Source: Catajapyx aquilonaris (lineage: Eukaryota). Taken from it: DNA of 58,722 bases. Below, piece after piece: positions 40,101 to 53,390 of this stretch; within the stretch, counting starts at the first letter, position 1, and the number at the start of each line of letters is the position of its first letter. Under the pieces are notes generated by a model. It searched no databases. It was not told where the DNA came from and saw nothing but the letters and a program-made list of their open reading frames with translations. Location of the stretch: positions 1 to 58,722 of the forward strand of contig JYFJ02002340.1 of NCBI GenBank assembly GCA_000934665.2, given 5' to 3'. A program made the translations under genes and the position numbers.

Positions 40101-43100
40101 CCAATCACTTTTCGAAACTATAGGCTCCAACAGAATTGCACCACTTCTTAACGATAAGTTGTATGCAAATTACCAGCCGAAAGCCGCACACTTCTTGATA
40201 ATTTACACATCAGCAGCCCCAAATTACAGGTGCTTGAACTATTCTCATAAAGACGAGGTAGAATAGGCTTGGACACTACCAGAAAATGACGGCAGAGGAC
40301 TATAACGAAGCACTATTCAAATACGATTACGACGCATGCTACTGAAAGTACGTCGTCCAAAGCAAAATGAAGCCGATAACACATTCCTGCATGTTATGAG
40401 GTGATACAACTTTCAGCAGACGACGAACCCATACAAGTTTATGAAGTGATTTGGTGGAACGACTTGCGGACCAAACCGCAATATGCCGAGAAGAATGGAC
40501 GTATTTTGATCCTCTCTATAGGGGTATTACTTAATATTACCTGGACATGTCACATTCACACAGATTTTAACATTATTGTATTTAACACATCTGATGCTAT
40601 ACCTGCTAAAATCCAACCAAATTACTACAGTCATTGCAAGGCTTGATGACATACGCAGTATTATATTCACGTAAGTCTAAATGTGCGGTGGAATCAAGTA
40701 ATGACAGCCGCATTTCACCTACACTTTTTGCATCAGAATGTCTACACAATAGAATGAACGGTAAAACATACCGCAGAGAAAACACGTCACTTGCAACTTC
40801 TGGAACTAATACCCACAGCAACTAGAGACTTCCGCAATAGTCAACTCGCATACCGATAGAGTTTGTTATAATTACCTGGACAAAATACGTACTTGGCCTC
40901 TGCTTCATCTTTCGAGCCAAATAGCACTTGTAATTGTGCACGAGAAGGAAACTTTGCACACTAGAGCCAAGTCGGTCCTGAGACAAAACTCCGCTTTCGT
41001 ATTTTGGCGTGCCTATGGCCCTGGCCAGTGCGGCCACCGATGGCCGTTCAAACTGGGGCTCGGCAGGATATAGAGATGGCGAAAACTTCAGGCAAGTTGT
41101 GACAGGTCCTGGTGTTCGAAGCATGACCGTTCCTCACACGCTGCACGTACGGAGATGATGCTCCAGCAGAAGATTTCTTCATATATAACTTACACGTATT
41201 ATAGTCTACATAACAGACTTCATGGGACACCTCAGACAACCTGAGCCAGGTAAGTCAGCAGACAAGATACATGTGACTCAAACCTGCGACACCACAATCC
41301 CCAAATAAGACAAACAAAGGCTGGAGAATTTGTGTGCAAAACAATATTCTGTACTCGACAAATTTGGGCCGGAAGCTGCATGCTTTTTAAATGACAGCGC
41401 ATTATGACACAGGAATGTACAGATCAGTATAGTCAAGCGGAGTTTCTCACCTCAATCCACTAATATTTGCTACAACTGCTGTGAATAACTAAATTAACAT
41501 CCCCCCCCCCAATAAGCCACCAACTCTCAACTATAAACCTTGTGGTGGTCTATTATAAATCTCTGGCGCTGGGTGAGCTCACTTGTACGTACATACTAAT
41601 GTAAAATTCTCTTTCGTCAACCGTTACACTTCCAAATTACACAAATGGGGTATGATAACAGTATTATAATTCTTGAAAAGCATCGGCCCGAAACCGCGAA
41701 TTTGCTGATTCACACAAGCAGCATCATATTGGCCTATGACTACTTTTCCTATTACTGTTCAACAGTCCCATTCAAAAAGACACTGCATATTCGTTGGTAC
41801 AATATATGATCACATATTACACTGTAATTTGCTCCAGGCCTCGTTGACGACCATATGCATAAAAGGCCAATCAAGATGGGGGAAACGGGATTGGTTAGAA
41901 ATAGGCCTACAACACGCTCACACCGATACCCGACATACACAGAGCCGAAATCACTAGTAAAATGGCCAATTAGGACGGCACATATCGCTCAAAACGATAG
42001 ACGATTTTGCACTTAAACCAAAGGCAATATCATCGTCTCCATCTTTTTCAGCAATATATTACTACAATGAGCAACTTACACGCGACCATATTCTTCATAC
42101 ATGACAAAAACAAGCCAATTGCATCTGCGGTACAGGTTACTCTCTCACGGCTGGAACTAAACAATTTTTAAACGCTGTCCCAAAGAACTAATGAGTCACA
42201 ACGTGAACAATACTCGTGAGGTCAGACAATAATGACAAAGGACAATGTAGTAGTCGTGCGCCGTGTACATGCAAGGCAGAAATGTAATAATTGAATAATA
42301 GGTAACAGTGGAAGACGTTATTACTAAACAAGGCCAAGTTGAGACACTGTATAAAGACAAAGCACACTTGTAAACCCTTACAAAACCACGTATGTTCAGC
42401 ATCGTAACAGATTGGGTGAAGCACATAATATGATCCAAGTTTTATAGCACGCCAGGAGATAATAGTTCCTCATTCCCAAAAATAATTAGCAGGTAATATC
42501 GATCAGATTTCACCAACTTTTGAATGCTCTACTATTTCTAATCAAGGGAATGAAGGTGGGGTGATTCTATGTGTGTATTTATAAAGTGTGGTTTGTATTG
42601 TGACCCAATTTGTGTTATTAAAATGAGCCGGCACAGATTTGAACGGAGCTGTTATCAAGCCTGCAAGTCCTATAGAACCCGTCAGTTTTGGTTGTGCGTC
42701 AGCGGGGACGGAACATTTCTCCAGGTAATCAATTGCCTAATTAGTGAGTGTAATTAATTAGGTGCCCGTGTCCTCACTGTCGCCACTTGCTTAAATTACG
42801 GGACGCAAGTCCTAAAAGTTCCACTCAAGGATACAGCATAAGTAGTTATGGACAGAAAGCTCCGATGACTGACCGATATCCAGCATCACTAGAATGCATG
42901 CATGATGTTAGCATTACCAGTATTTTTTTTATTATTTACAATTTATCAATGCTCCACGCTCGTTACAAGTTAGAAATAAACTAGAGACGGGATTGACCTG
43001 TATGCAATAAAAACTATTTCTACCACAAAACCAAGCTATTGATAGAAAAAAAGGCCGAAATAATCAGTCACGTGGTTAAATACCGCAAGTGATTGATTGA

Positions 43101-45749
43101 TTGTTTGAGTAATTGTTTATTGGCGCAACAGTAGCTCTGGCTATACTGCGCCAAGCACCTGTGACATTGTAGGAAAGGGCAGGCAATACCACCCCAACCC
43201 CAACGTTACAAAATAACGCAAGTGACGAATCCACCAAACACAGTACATTTGCTCCCGCAACTAGATTATTCATTATTCACATTCAATGAATAAACAAGAC
43301 CAACACATTCAGTGTTTGATGACGACACGTAGAGGCGTACACAAACCAATATAAGTACTCGTACTGTATTGTATTCATAATGTTACAAGATAAAGACGAG
43401 TAATAAATTCCAATAATGTTGATATTTCGCATGACCACAATACTCTCACTGCATTACAAAAACAAACCAATCACATTTGTAATACAAGGAGCCATTTCCA
43501 TGCGGGAAATGCTTATAACACTGAAGAACTTTGCTCAAATATTCTTAAGAATTAAACAGTACAAGTGGATCACTCCAGTGTTGCACCACCCTGTAAATAT
43601 CTTCATATTCCTGATTAAGAACATGTTAAATTATTGCACCCAATATCAGAACATAAAGCTACATATCCCTTACTATTCTTAGACCATGACCTGAACTCTC
43701 CAACTTGCTCTGGGATGTGAAGTGACCACGTACGCGTACAACCATAAAATGACCTAATCATTATGGAAGGTGTTGGGTCAGCAAGCAAAACAAAATTCTT
43801 TCAACTACAAAACCAAGGAATATATTGAAAAAGGGCATAAATGACCTGTAATATGGTTAAATGCCACATATATACCACACGCATGTACCTACCACCTGGA
43901 AACATCACCAAAAAGGTAGAAAGGTACAAGGTATACTCACTCAGCAAAAAATTTGTGGAAGGCGAAGATTCGAGTCTTACTTCTCCCTAACTTCCAAGAG
44001 AAAGTCTTTGTGAATTCCCGCAGATTTCAATTACGCTAAGATTAATCACACATTTCTGGACTAATCCTACATGCAAGCCCGTGACAGATTGGAAAAGTAC
44101 ACGATCCATTCATGAATCCCTAATACAAGTGACTGGGATAACCAACTTATTATGTTCCAGCAAGAGGACGTGCTGCAGGACATCAGCAAAGAGACCTGCA
44201 TGGAAAAACGCCAGAGTTCATAAACCCCAATGAGAACATACCATTTACTAGTGGAAACAGGATAATCAAAAATATGAACTATTACGATGCTTTACGGAGA
44301 ATCACGGAGATTACGACATCAAAGGCGATACTTGCTGCTCAAACGTCACTCCGCTGTGAGAGAGTAGAGTGAAAATAGAAACAGTAGCACACATGGAGCC
44401 ACTGGTCAAAAGAACTGCAAATAGTATTCAATTTATGAGTTGAAGCAGTTGTGCCAGTTATTATACACAGTATTATGTAACCCCATTTTCATAATATCCT
44501 CTTTGCACTTTCCCTTACGGTCGGTTCTCTTAGTAATCATAAAATTGTATGCGGGTGAAATAGCATGTGTAAACGCATCAGCCTCAAACTGCAACCTTTA
44601 CCAGATGCTAAAGGTGAACGACCCCAGCCTTCAGACATCCAGTCTCATGAGCCAAAGGAAGTCCTCATGGGACAGCCTGCCTACTCCTTTCCCCTCATCT
44701 CTGTCAACACTTTCCTTCCCAAATCAAATTGAAGAACTCGCTCACCAAAATCATCTCATAAATTCCTCACAAATCCCACCCTACCTATACACCATTGTTG
44801 CAATTCAAAGGAAGTACTATATCCAAAGACCCAGAGCTTCTGAAAAAGCGAGCAGCGCGATTTGGATCCACCTGCTCAAAAGATCCATGGTAAATAAAGA
44901 CTTCATTGTAACATCAATAATGCCTCAACCACTCTCAGTAAAGACGAGGGCGAAGAAGGTTGTGAGTTGAGCTCTCTCTCCCCCCGATACCCACGCGCCT
45001 GGGCATAGACAAGGTGGCCCGGCGCGTAGAAAAGCAGAGCCACTGTACGTTTCAGCGACTAAGTGTTTTAAAGTCACTCAAGTTAATCTCACCTTATTGC
45101 TGCCAACAACATCGACGGCACCATGATCTCAGTGGAACCAACAAACCAACAAATCATGTGTTTAGTGTGCCAGCCGTACTGTGTGCCATTACAATCCCAT
45201 CAAACTCTTCTTGCTTCTGAATATTACAATATTACTGCAACTGAACGCACAAGATCATAATTACGCCGTAACCTGAATGCATGGGACAGAGTCCTCTTTC
45301 CAAATTTCAGCAGAGTATACGTATCACTTGCGACATACTGTATTATTGTTAGTCTATCTATGGAGCGCAGCTAAATGCTGCATTATTGTACCTGTACTTT
45401 CAAAGTGTTACTATCAAACCAGAACTGAAATAAGATGAATAAGAATAGACGCGGATGTTCAGCAGCCGCTTGTACTTCTGAAAAACCGAAAAAATCGACG
45501 AGTGGTGCAAAACCAAATGAAATTCACAACAATAGGCGCAGTTTTTGATAGCCTCAGGATATGTACCAATAAAAAGTTATTAAAAATCAATAAATTTATA
45601 TACGGCACTATTATAATGCATATGAAGTATTAGTGTTCTATGGCATTACACGCCTACATAGTCCCCACCACACCATATCGCAGCTTTGTTTAAAAATATT
45701 GAAATAATTGATATTTGCAAATGTGGCTAAGCATATTTACGCATTTTAA

Positions 45750-46055
45750 GCGGACTCTTCAACGTCTGTAGGAGTCTTTCACTGCGTCCTGAGACCTCTA
45801 AATATATTGGTCTGGTTGCCCAAATTTGAAGCGGGAGAGGTGCGCCCTATTTGCCTCGCTTATGCCTTGGGTCGACAGGCTGATCAGTCAACGGCTGGGC
45901 TGAATCCTATCAAGTTCTAGATGTCGATCAATTTGGTTTCAGGAAACAGCATAGTGTCCAAGACGCTGTTGAAACTCTAGTGAGCAGGAACCGCGGTGAT
46001 GGGGATCAAGGTCAACAAGCCATGATTTTGGCCCTCGACATTGATATCGCCTTCA
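45750..46055 (+). mobile_element. Non-LTR retrotransposon (R1-like) reverse-transcriptase fragment
   Basis: Frameshifted LFNVC..LVWLPK..RPICL..LG, DRLISQRL, QFGFRKQHS.QDAV, AMILALDI.IAF. Confidence 0.85.
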
Positions 46056-47927
46056 CGATGGGCCTTAACGGGTATGGCCGGTTCCTAATAAATTCCTATT
46101 TAGCAAACCCCACGAATGGACTGTGTCAGAGTTACGGCGACCCGACCATAAAGGCCATTGAAAAGTCATTGGGAAAGACCAAATCGCCGAAAGCAGAGCA
46201 TACAGAAATACAGTATACTTACACCAATTTTCTTGCACACCACAATTCAATGCTTTATTTACATAAGCAATGATTCATACCTATTTCGCGACGGAAGTGT
46301 AATCGATATAGAGCCGTGTATTCGGTGTACATCGCCGCATGTACAATTTATAATAATTAATTTGGCATGAGAGTGGAGTTACCAAAAAAAAAAAAGTTTT
46401 TGAACACAAGAAACATTGAGAATGACGATGCACTGCTTCAGGAGAAACGATCACATGCGTCTTCAGTTGAAGGATACTACCCACAAAGCTGATGCAAATG
46501 TCCGGTCTGCGAGTTCTGCACATTTTTAAAAAAATCAGACATGCAAAAGACAGTGAATAAGCATGAAGAGTGCCAGCTACCAATATGAGACTGACAAAAT
46601 TGAACTAACAAGCAACCAGCCTCACAATATTCCATTCAGTCAATTTTCAAGACTACTCATCAACTCCGACGGATTACCATCAGGAGATTATAAAAGAATT
46701 AGTTAAGTCGGTCAAGAGTGAAGAGCACTGGAGGTCGAACCATGACCAGTTGGCGAAATTGTCATAGGAATATTGGATACACCCAATCATCTACATTCAC
46801 TGGCATATTGCAGTCAGGCCAAAATACTTGAAGTTCCTGCCAGAAACCACAGACACTTACATGCTGCCTGTCGAGATCATCACAAAGGTTATCGTGGTAG
46901 TGCAACTTTGAATAAAAAGTGTGGGAAACGACACTGCTGAATTCATTGCAAATGCTACTGACGTAATCCGCCAATATGAAGGAAACCAACATTACGACTA
47001 ATATAGCACCTCACTTATATTAGTCAAGATTAATATATTCCATTAACATTTCACCTTCAAGAGAAGTAATGTTGCAAAGTCCAACTTCACTTGACCCCAC
47101 TTCATTCGGCATATTTTAAAAAAAAACAAATCAGTTCCATCTGTAGTAGACAAGACCATAGTCATCGGTCACAACACAGCAACTGAAGCTACTGAACAGA
47201 GCTACTGAATGAGAGCTTGCTGCCAAGTTGTAGGTCAATGATCACAATAAGGATGGACTGTTTACATAGGGACACAATAGGGAGCAAGTGGTCAAGCTTT
47301 GCACAGGCTGCAGCTGGCTGATTCAGATAAAACTTAACTTACAAATATCATAAGGAACGTTCATAAGTTTTTTACGACACAGAGAATGACTGACTAGAAC
47401 TAGATTGACTGCCTTGACAAGCTACCAAATGGGTGGCCTCAGGATGCATGAGCCACTATGACTGCTTTGGATAAGAGTCATGCTGCAGTGAGTTATACAG
47501 TATACGACGCTATGCCACCATAATATAATTTACATTAAATTGTTCCCACCAAATCAGGCAGTATATTATCATCGTTTTGAAATATTAAAACAAATAAGAT
47601 TTTCAAACTGCATGCACTGTTAAAAGTGTGACGAGGCATATTAATTTATGTACACTTACTTGATAAGGCAGATTTTCGCTATGTAAACTCCTTTTCATAA
47701 TATGGTTTCCCCTTTTGATTACAGTTTCACACTTTGTTTCTCTTCTTAACCACAAGTTACATTGAGAGAGCACATATCCCTCAGGCAGGTCAATAAGGTG
47801 AGTGCAGTATAGCATGAACAAATATTTCAATTATTTGATGCAACACCTGAATATTTGCACAAAGATGAGGTTTGTAACAATAATTATACTCAAAGGAGTG
47901 TTACATATATATGTTCATAAGTATGTG

Positions 47928-48053
47928 GGTTTAGGTTTAGGTTTATTGAGAAGATGCCAAAGCAACTATGGCTATGTGTGGCTATAGAAGTTGCAAAGGT
48001 GGGGGCGGATGGAGAGAAAAACAGAGGGAAAAAAAGCGATCAGGAAAGACAGG
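47928..48053 (-). mobile_element. Older truncated copy of the RTE-type SINE 3' end
   Basis: GGTTTAGGTTTATTGAGAAGATGCCAAAGCAACTATGGCTAT; absent from the paralog at ~33290. Confidence 0.75.
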
Positions 48054-49814
48054 TATTTTTTTAAAATTATGTCTTTGACTTGAACATATCAAATGCTGAT
48101 GGTCATAACGACATAAAAACTGTAAACATTTTTTACATGCAATCACAGCAAACACTATGACATATTTAAAAAAAGAGGTGGCAGCTCGGCCCGCAAGGAG
48201 ACGCCGCCAGTGGGTGCCCTATAGAAAATATTTTCTACGGGCCCTGCTGGCAGAGAAAAAAGGATGCAGAGGTCTCAAGAAGGATGAACTGAAAGAGACT
48301 GTGGTCAACCTGATCCACAAACAACAAAGGACAGCCCGGAGTTATCGCTACGTCCATAAGAAGGTCCAGGAACTATTCGAAGGGCAATAAACGACGTACG
48401 GCTCCGGTGGAAAGGAAAGGACAGGAGAGGAGAGCGCTATTACCTAACATGATACCTGCATGATAGAGTATAGCCTACTCCTAGTGTTTCATTTTAGAGA
48501 ACAGTGTAATAAATGTAATGAACATAAATCATAATGGCGGGTTAGTCGGCTTTTTCACAGCTCCTTTGATCCACCTTAATCTGGCTGACCCCTGGTCCTT
48601 TTGCGCCCACGGAGGAGCACCTGGGGAGTCCCTGGTGTCCAGCCGAAGAGGTAAGGCTGCAGAGGGCTACTCGGGGCAGATGATTTGAGATAGACAGCGA
48701 CTGATGCCTGCGTAATGCTCTCCGTTGGATGACTTCTCCGCCGCAGGGCTGCCCTCTAGTCATTGAAGGTGAGGTTAGACTCGGAAGTTATCATCACTGC
48801 TACATGGATGAAGAACAGGTTCCTTTGTCATCAGAGTGCCAGGTATTAAATAGCTTTTACATAAAAATAATTTTACCTATCATTTACCGCGGATCCATCA
48901 TGGCCCCTCAAATGATTTAGCAACAAAAAATGTAGCATAAAATATTAAAATGAACGCACTGAATTACATGCATTCATATGATCGTATGTGGAATGTACTG
49001 GAATATGCAATCCGCCAACCTCCACGAATCAATCAGTGAGCGTTACACAATAAAACTTTCCCTATATTATTCTGACTGTGATATTTAAATAGTGCCCTTC
49101 CGACAATGAATCCTACTATTCTAAGGTTATAATTGGATTTGGTTGTCACTTACAAGTTAGTATGAAGGGTAACCCCAGAACACTTTTTAGCAATAGCACA
49201 TACGGGAAAGATCAATTGCAATTCTCATTCTGTTCTTATTTATCTGCAAATTGTTGCACAATCAGAATAACCTACCATAACCAGACTAGTTCACTGCAAC
49301 TCTGACGTCCAAAGAAGAGTACATCCGGGAGTATGAAGTACTTCACGTGGCACCTTCTGGATTATTTTAGTGCGCAGTTATCATACCCAAGAGCCTGAAC
49401 CGAGTTAGAACACTGAAGTCTGAAGTCAAAGCAGCTGAACAACATACTGTAGAACTATTGAAAGTATAGCCAGGCCAAGATGAGCTAAGAGTAAGTACCA
49501 CGCTCGTCATGGCAACACTGAATATATACCCATCACATGAACAACTTTCTGCTTCAAAATCACAATCTTGAACACACACCTCCTACCCTTACATGTACAG
49601 TAGTATTGGTTCAATGAAACGATGTCAGAATGGACAAGAACTAACTACTACTAACTACTATGCAATGAACAAACAGCGACAATATTTCTACCATGCTCAT
49701 GTTGCAGAGAATCAAGAAGCAACCAGACAAAATGAATTCATCCCATTTTCCCACCTTCCACCGATGAAGTGGAGTCGGTCTGGCAACAAATAACCCTTGT
49801 AACCGTATGGTATA

Positions 49815-50770
49815 ATCGCATTTATTTACAAGCTGGTGTGTTTGACAACCTTAAGACACTTAGAAGACATATCATTACTGCGCAAGCTCAATTGGAACAT
49901 CATATTTTAAATTCAATCAACAGCAAATTGCGGCACAGTCAGAACCTACCAACCATCTGACAAGTTTATTGTAACTGCAACATGCGATGAAGATTTCTTG
50001 CTGCACACCACAAACGAGAACCACTGAGCATGCTGGCTGCTGGGTTAATTTTGGTTTGCGATTTTCATACCCAGGACTACAGGACAACAGTTGGAGTCCA
50101 CATTGCAGTGAGCCACCAGAAAAGCTTCCCCATATATTTTTCACAATGTCATTTTGTACCTATGTTAATCAAATCTATAGTACCCTGGTTCACAGTGATG
50201 AGATTAGCAACCTTAAAACACTCATAATCAACCATACAGTCAGGCAGAATCAACTGAAATTTTCATATTCATAACCCATTTATCTGTAGAGTCAGAACCT
50301 AAGTAACATCATTCACATTTACTACAACTGCGACATGCAATGAAGCGTTCTTGCTGCATACCAAGAATGATAGCCACCATGCTTCACCTTGCCTCCTGCT
50401 GGGTTAATTTTCATTTGTGATTTCCATACCCAGGAAAACATATTCCAGTGAGCCACAAGAAGAGCTTCCCCATATATATTTTTACAATGGTATTAAAATT
50501 TTGTACCTGTAACAGTAAAAGCTAGTACCCAGAATCCGAACTGGTTGTCATTTACAGAGTGACGTGATTTAGAACCTTTATACACTGTAATAAACAGCAC
50601 AACCTGGCAGAATCCCCTGAAAATCTCATAATCATAAACCATTTATCTTCAGGCAGAACCTAACACCAGACAAGTTTACTGCAACTGTGACATGCCATAG
50701 GCAAGTCGTGAAAATAAAATTGACTTCACATGCCGCCTTCTAGGTTAATTTCAGTCTTACTGAGCCCCAG
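49815..50770 (+). repeat. ~2.7 diverged tandem copies (~355-360 bp) of an LRR+LRRCT relic
   Basis: Anchor G.CAGAACCT at 49938, 50291, 50652; units carry (G)VFDNL.TL, CNC.M and C/SEP.E.LP remnants. Confidence 0.8.
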
Positions 50771-51159
50771 AACAACCAGTTGGGAGTACATGAACCAGGC
50801 CCCCAAAGTACAATGAAAGCAGCCGAATCCCATACATGCGATGAAAGCAGGGCCATCAGTGAGATACAAGAGAACAACAACAGCCGACCCCCCATCACAG
50901 AAACAAATTGCTGCAAAGCTACGACAACCATGAAGACTCACCTAAAACACTTAATGATACGCCTTTACAAACCCAATTATGTAACATCAGAATGTACAAG
51001 AACAACCCATACAATAAAGACAATAAGCTGTGATCACTTCCCTTACATTCCATTTTCAGAACACTAGAGAACAATTCCAACAAAGTACAACTAAATATAT
51101 CGTACACCCAACCACTATGTTCCAACCACGATGCCCACAACCTCCCCCGACAGCTGGGG

Positions 51160-51740
51160 GTGCGATTGGCACCAGGGGCGGCCCCCTGTGTCCTGCCCCG
51201 GGGCGAACCAGCACCACCCATCCTACCCGCGTTCCGACCTCTAAACCAGTGGGTGGGCGGGTGGAAAAAAAAGGAACAGAAAATCAAGATGGCGGCTAGA
51301 TCGTTGTCGGTCTCTGATTGGCTGGAAGTTGCATCAGCAATCATGTAGCAAGCCCGGAGTGTACATCTACGAATATATTACCAATTTAAAAAATAAATAC
51401 TAATTACACTAAGGAAGTCGTGATTATTAATTAAATTATGGCACACTTGAGTCATAACACGGTGATTACCTGGATAGTACGCCCAGTTTCTGATTGGCTA
51501 CTTTGAGTAACACAACCAATTGGTGTGTATACGCTTATGACAAGGCTGGGCTGTGTAAATTCTGCTCGTTCGACTAATGACGTCATGGATTTCCACCCAC
51601 CCACCCACCGGTTGTTCTTTTTTTTTCTCTCTGTCTGAACGTGCGACGTTCGATTTCGTCTTTCCCAGCCCCGGGGCAGCACCCCGGGGCAGACACGGCA
51701 GGACCCGCCTTGGTTGGTGCTGACAGGGAAGGGGGGGGGC
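51160..51740. promoter_or_regulatory. Quasi-palindromic GC-rich element, candidate bidirectional promoter
   Basis: Inverted arms 51169-51203/51682-51720 and 51246-51267/51590-51611 (GC/GT boxes); CAAGATGGCGGC 51285-51296; CCAAT/ATTGG at 51165, 51317, 51381, 51493, 51516; TGACGTCA 51578-51585. Confidence 0.55.
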
Positions 51741-52739
51741 ATGCCACAGGAGCTCGAATCTAGCTGGAATATTCACTGGGGAGGAAATATAGGGAGATGT
51801 TGTAACCCTAGAGGATGCCCAAGCAAATTTTGGGTTGATGTCAGGTCAAATTTGGAATTTTTGGTATCTTGTATGATGCATTTGTTGTGGGTGTGGGTTA
51901 CTGCTGGTAGCCCCTAGTTAATTTTTGTGGGTTGATTGGCGGAATGTGTGTAATTTAGTTCCATAATATTCAAGCTGATAAGTATGTCGCAGTTTTGTTG
52001 TGTTGTTCTTATTGCCATATTAATGACTGTGTGTAATGGAAGGGCATCATCGTAGATGATGTGTTTGCAAGTCGTCGTATGCGATACCTCTGCCATGCCT
52101 CGAGCGTGTCTGTGACTTGTGGGTCTGTTGCGACATGTTGCGGTCCCATGCGACACTCGTTGAATGGTTCGAGGATTGAACCATTTCAAAATAATCGTCG
52201 TGTCATTAGACTCCAGAATAATTTGAATTGTGCAACTAGTGCAAGTGTCTTGACATGATAAATTGTAAGGATTACAAATATTTCAAGTCTTCTGATCTAT
52301 GAGCGTTGCATACACCATGTTTCAGAAACTAGGTGATCAGCGACCGTGGCAGGTATGCATTGTAGAAAATCTCTTGTAATGGTATAGGGAGTATGGCTTA
52401 ATGAAATAATGTTTACATAATCACCACTTAATTGTGATTTGTATTGTTTACTTAGATATGACCACAAGTTATTCACTGAGCAAATTTTGGTGTGTACGAG
52501 TTACTCTGTGTTGTGAACTGGGCTTGTTCAATCCTGATGGATTCTGAGTAAGGTCACTTCAAAAGCGCGCCAAGTTGGGGTGGCAGAAGGAAGCATATGG
52601 TGATGTAAAAACTCCAATTGTAATTTTATTTTCCTGATCTCAGTGTGTACTGCACTCTACCCACCAGTGGCCATATATTATCTGATCATCTGTCAAGAGT
52701 TGTGTGTTCTACTCTGAGTTGTAAGAAAACGAAAAACAC

Positions 52740-53390
52740 CTGCAGCTGCACCTAGTTCAATGGAGCAAGTGTGGAGCTTATGGGGACCTGGCTTCTTTGT
52801 TCTGCTGCTGTTGCACTATGGATTATGCCATCTTCTTCTGCTTCGACTATTAATCATTCTGAGCTGGAAATATATCTTCCAAATGTTTCCAATTGCCTCG
52901 CCATACAGCGGACTTATGATGTGGTCGTCATTAGTCTTCGAGGTTTTTCAGGTCACAGTCCAACCCACACCATCACATGCACTTTTGCCATGTGACCTGG
53001 CATCAAGGTCCCACTGTATTTTCATTCCATGGTCGGCCTCATGTGTCATAGGTTGAGAAAATTGATCTGTTTTTATACAGAGATGCTGTGTAATCACTGT
53101 AGTAGCAGTTCAGATTTGGTTTTGGGGTAAAATGAGACTATGCATCGAATAAGGTATTTTTGGGAAAGGGGACAACTATATTTGTCATGTGAGGCAATGA
53201 GAAACAATAACAAGGTACTGTACATCAGTGTGTCGCTGCCACTGCTGCTCCCTCTTCACTTCCCGCAGCTGTTGCCACAGCGGCTGCAGCTCATGCCGCT
53301 GTTGTTGGAAGTAATTGTGAAGGGATGACCTGCTGCCTGTTCACTGTTCAAGTGGAAACCAAGGGCTGTATTCTGTAATAGGCACACGTT
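52740..53390 (-). mobile_element. Sola2-like DDE transposase relic
   Basis: Minus strand, frameshifted: QNTALGFHLNSEQAAGHPF, YYSDYTASLYKN.NFLNL, HEADHGMKIQW..ARSHGKSACDGVGWTV, PGPHKLH. Confidence 0.8.

Larger units (their letters stand above)
8600..50770 (+). pseudogene. Field of multi-copy decayed LRR-gene fragments, plus strand
   Basis: Recurrent modules: GGAGGAAATATTTCTGCAC..CCATCGACAA at ~10790, 16190, 18845, 21305, 28278, 34890, 35447, 37007; GTCATTTACAAG..GACAACCTT at ~10625, 20045, 29260, 35938, 49143, 49822, 50547. Plus-strand translations give LRR pieces: LQAGVFDNLKTLR (49826), ENHAFRG..CNNL (~17715, ~37305), SLPEYL/SLPDYL, FKYLNLS (~21218), PSGIL..LQNI (~39415), and LRRCT CNC.M..CSEPPEKL. 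All are broken by stops and frameshifts. Confidence 0.65.

Noticed and set aside
9000..50770. Endogenous RNA-virus elements or a CRISPR-like array
   Set aside because: No RdRp, capsid or glycoprotein motifs recognised; repeats are long, diverged and irregularly spaced. A blastx search could still reveal viral pieces.
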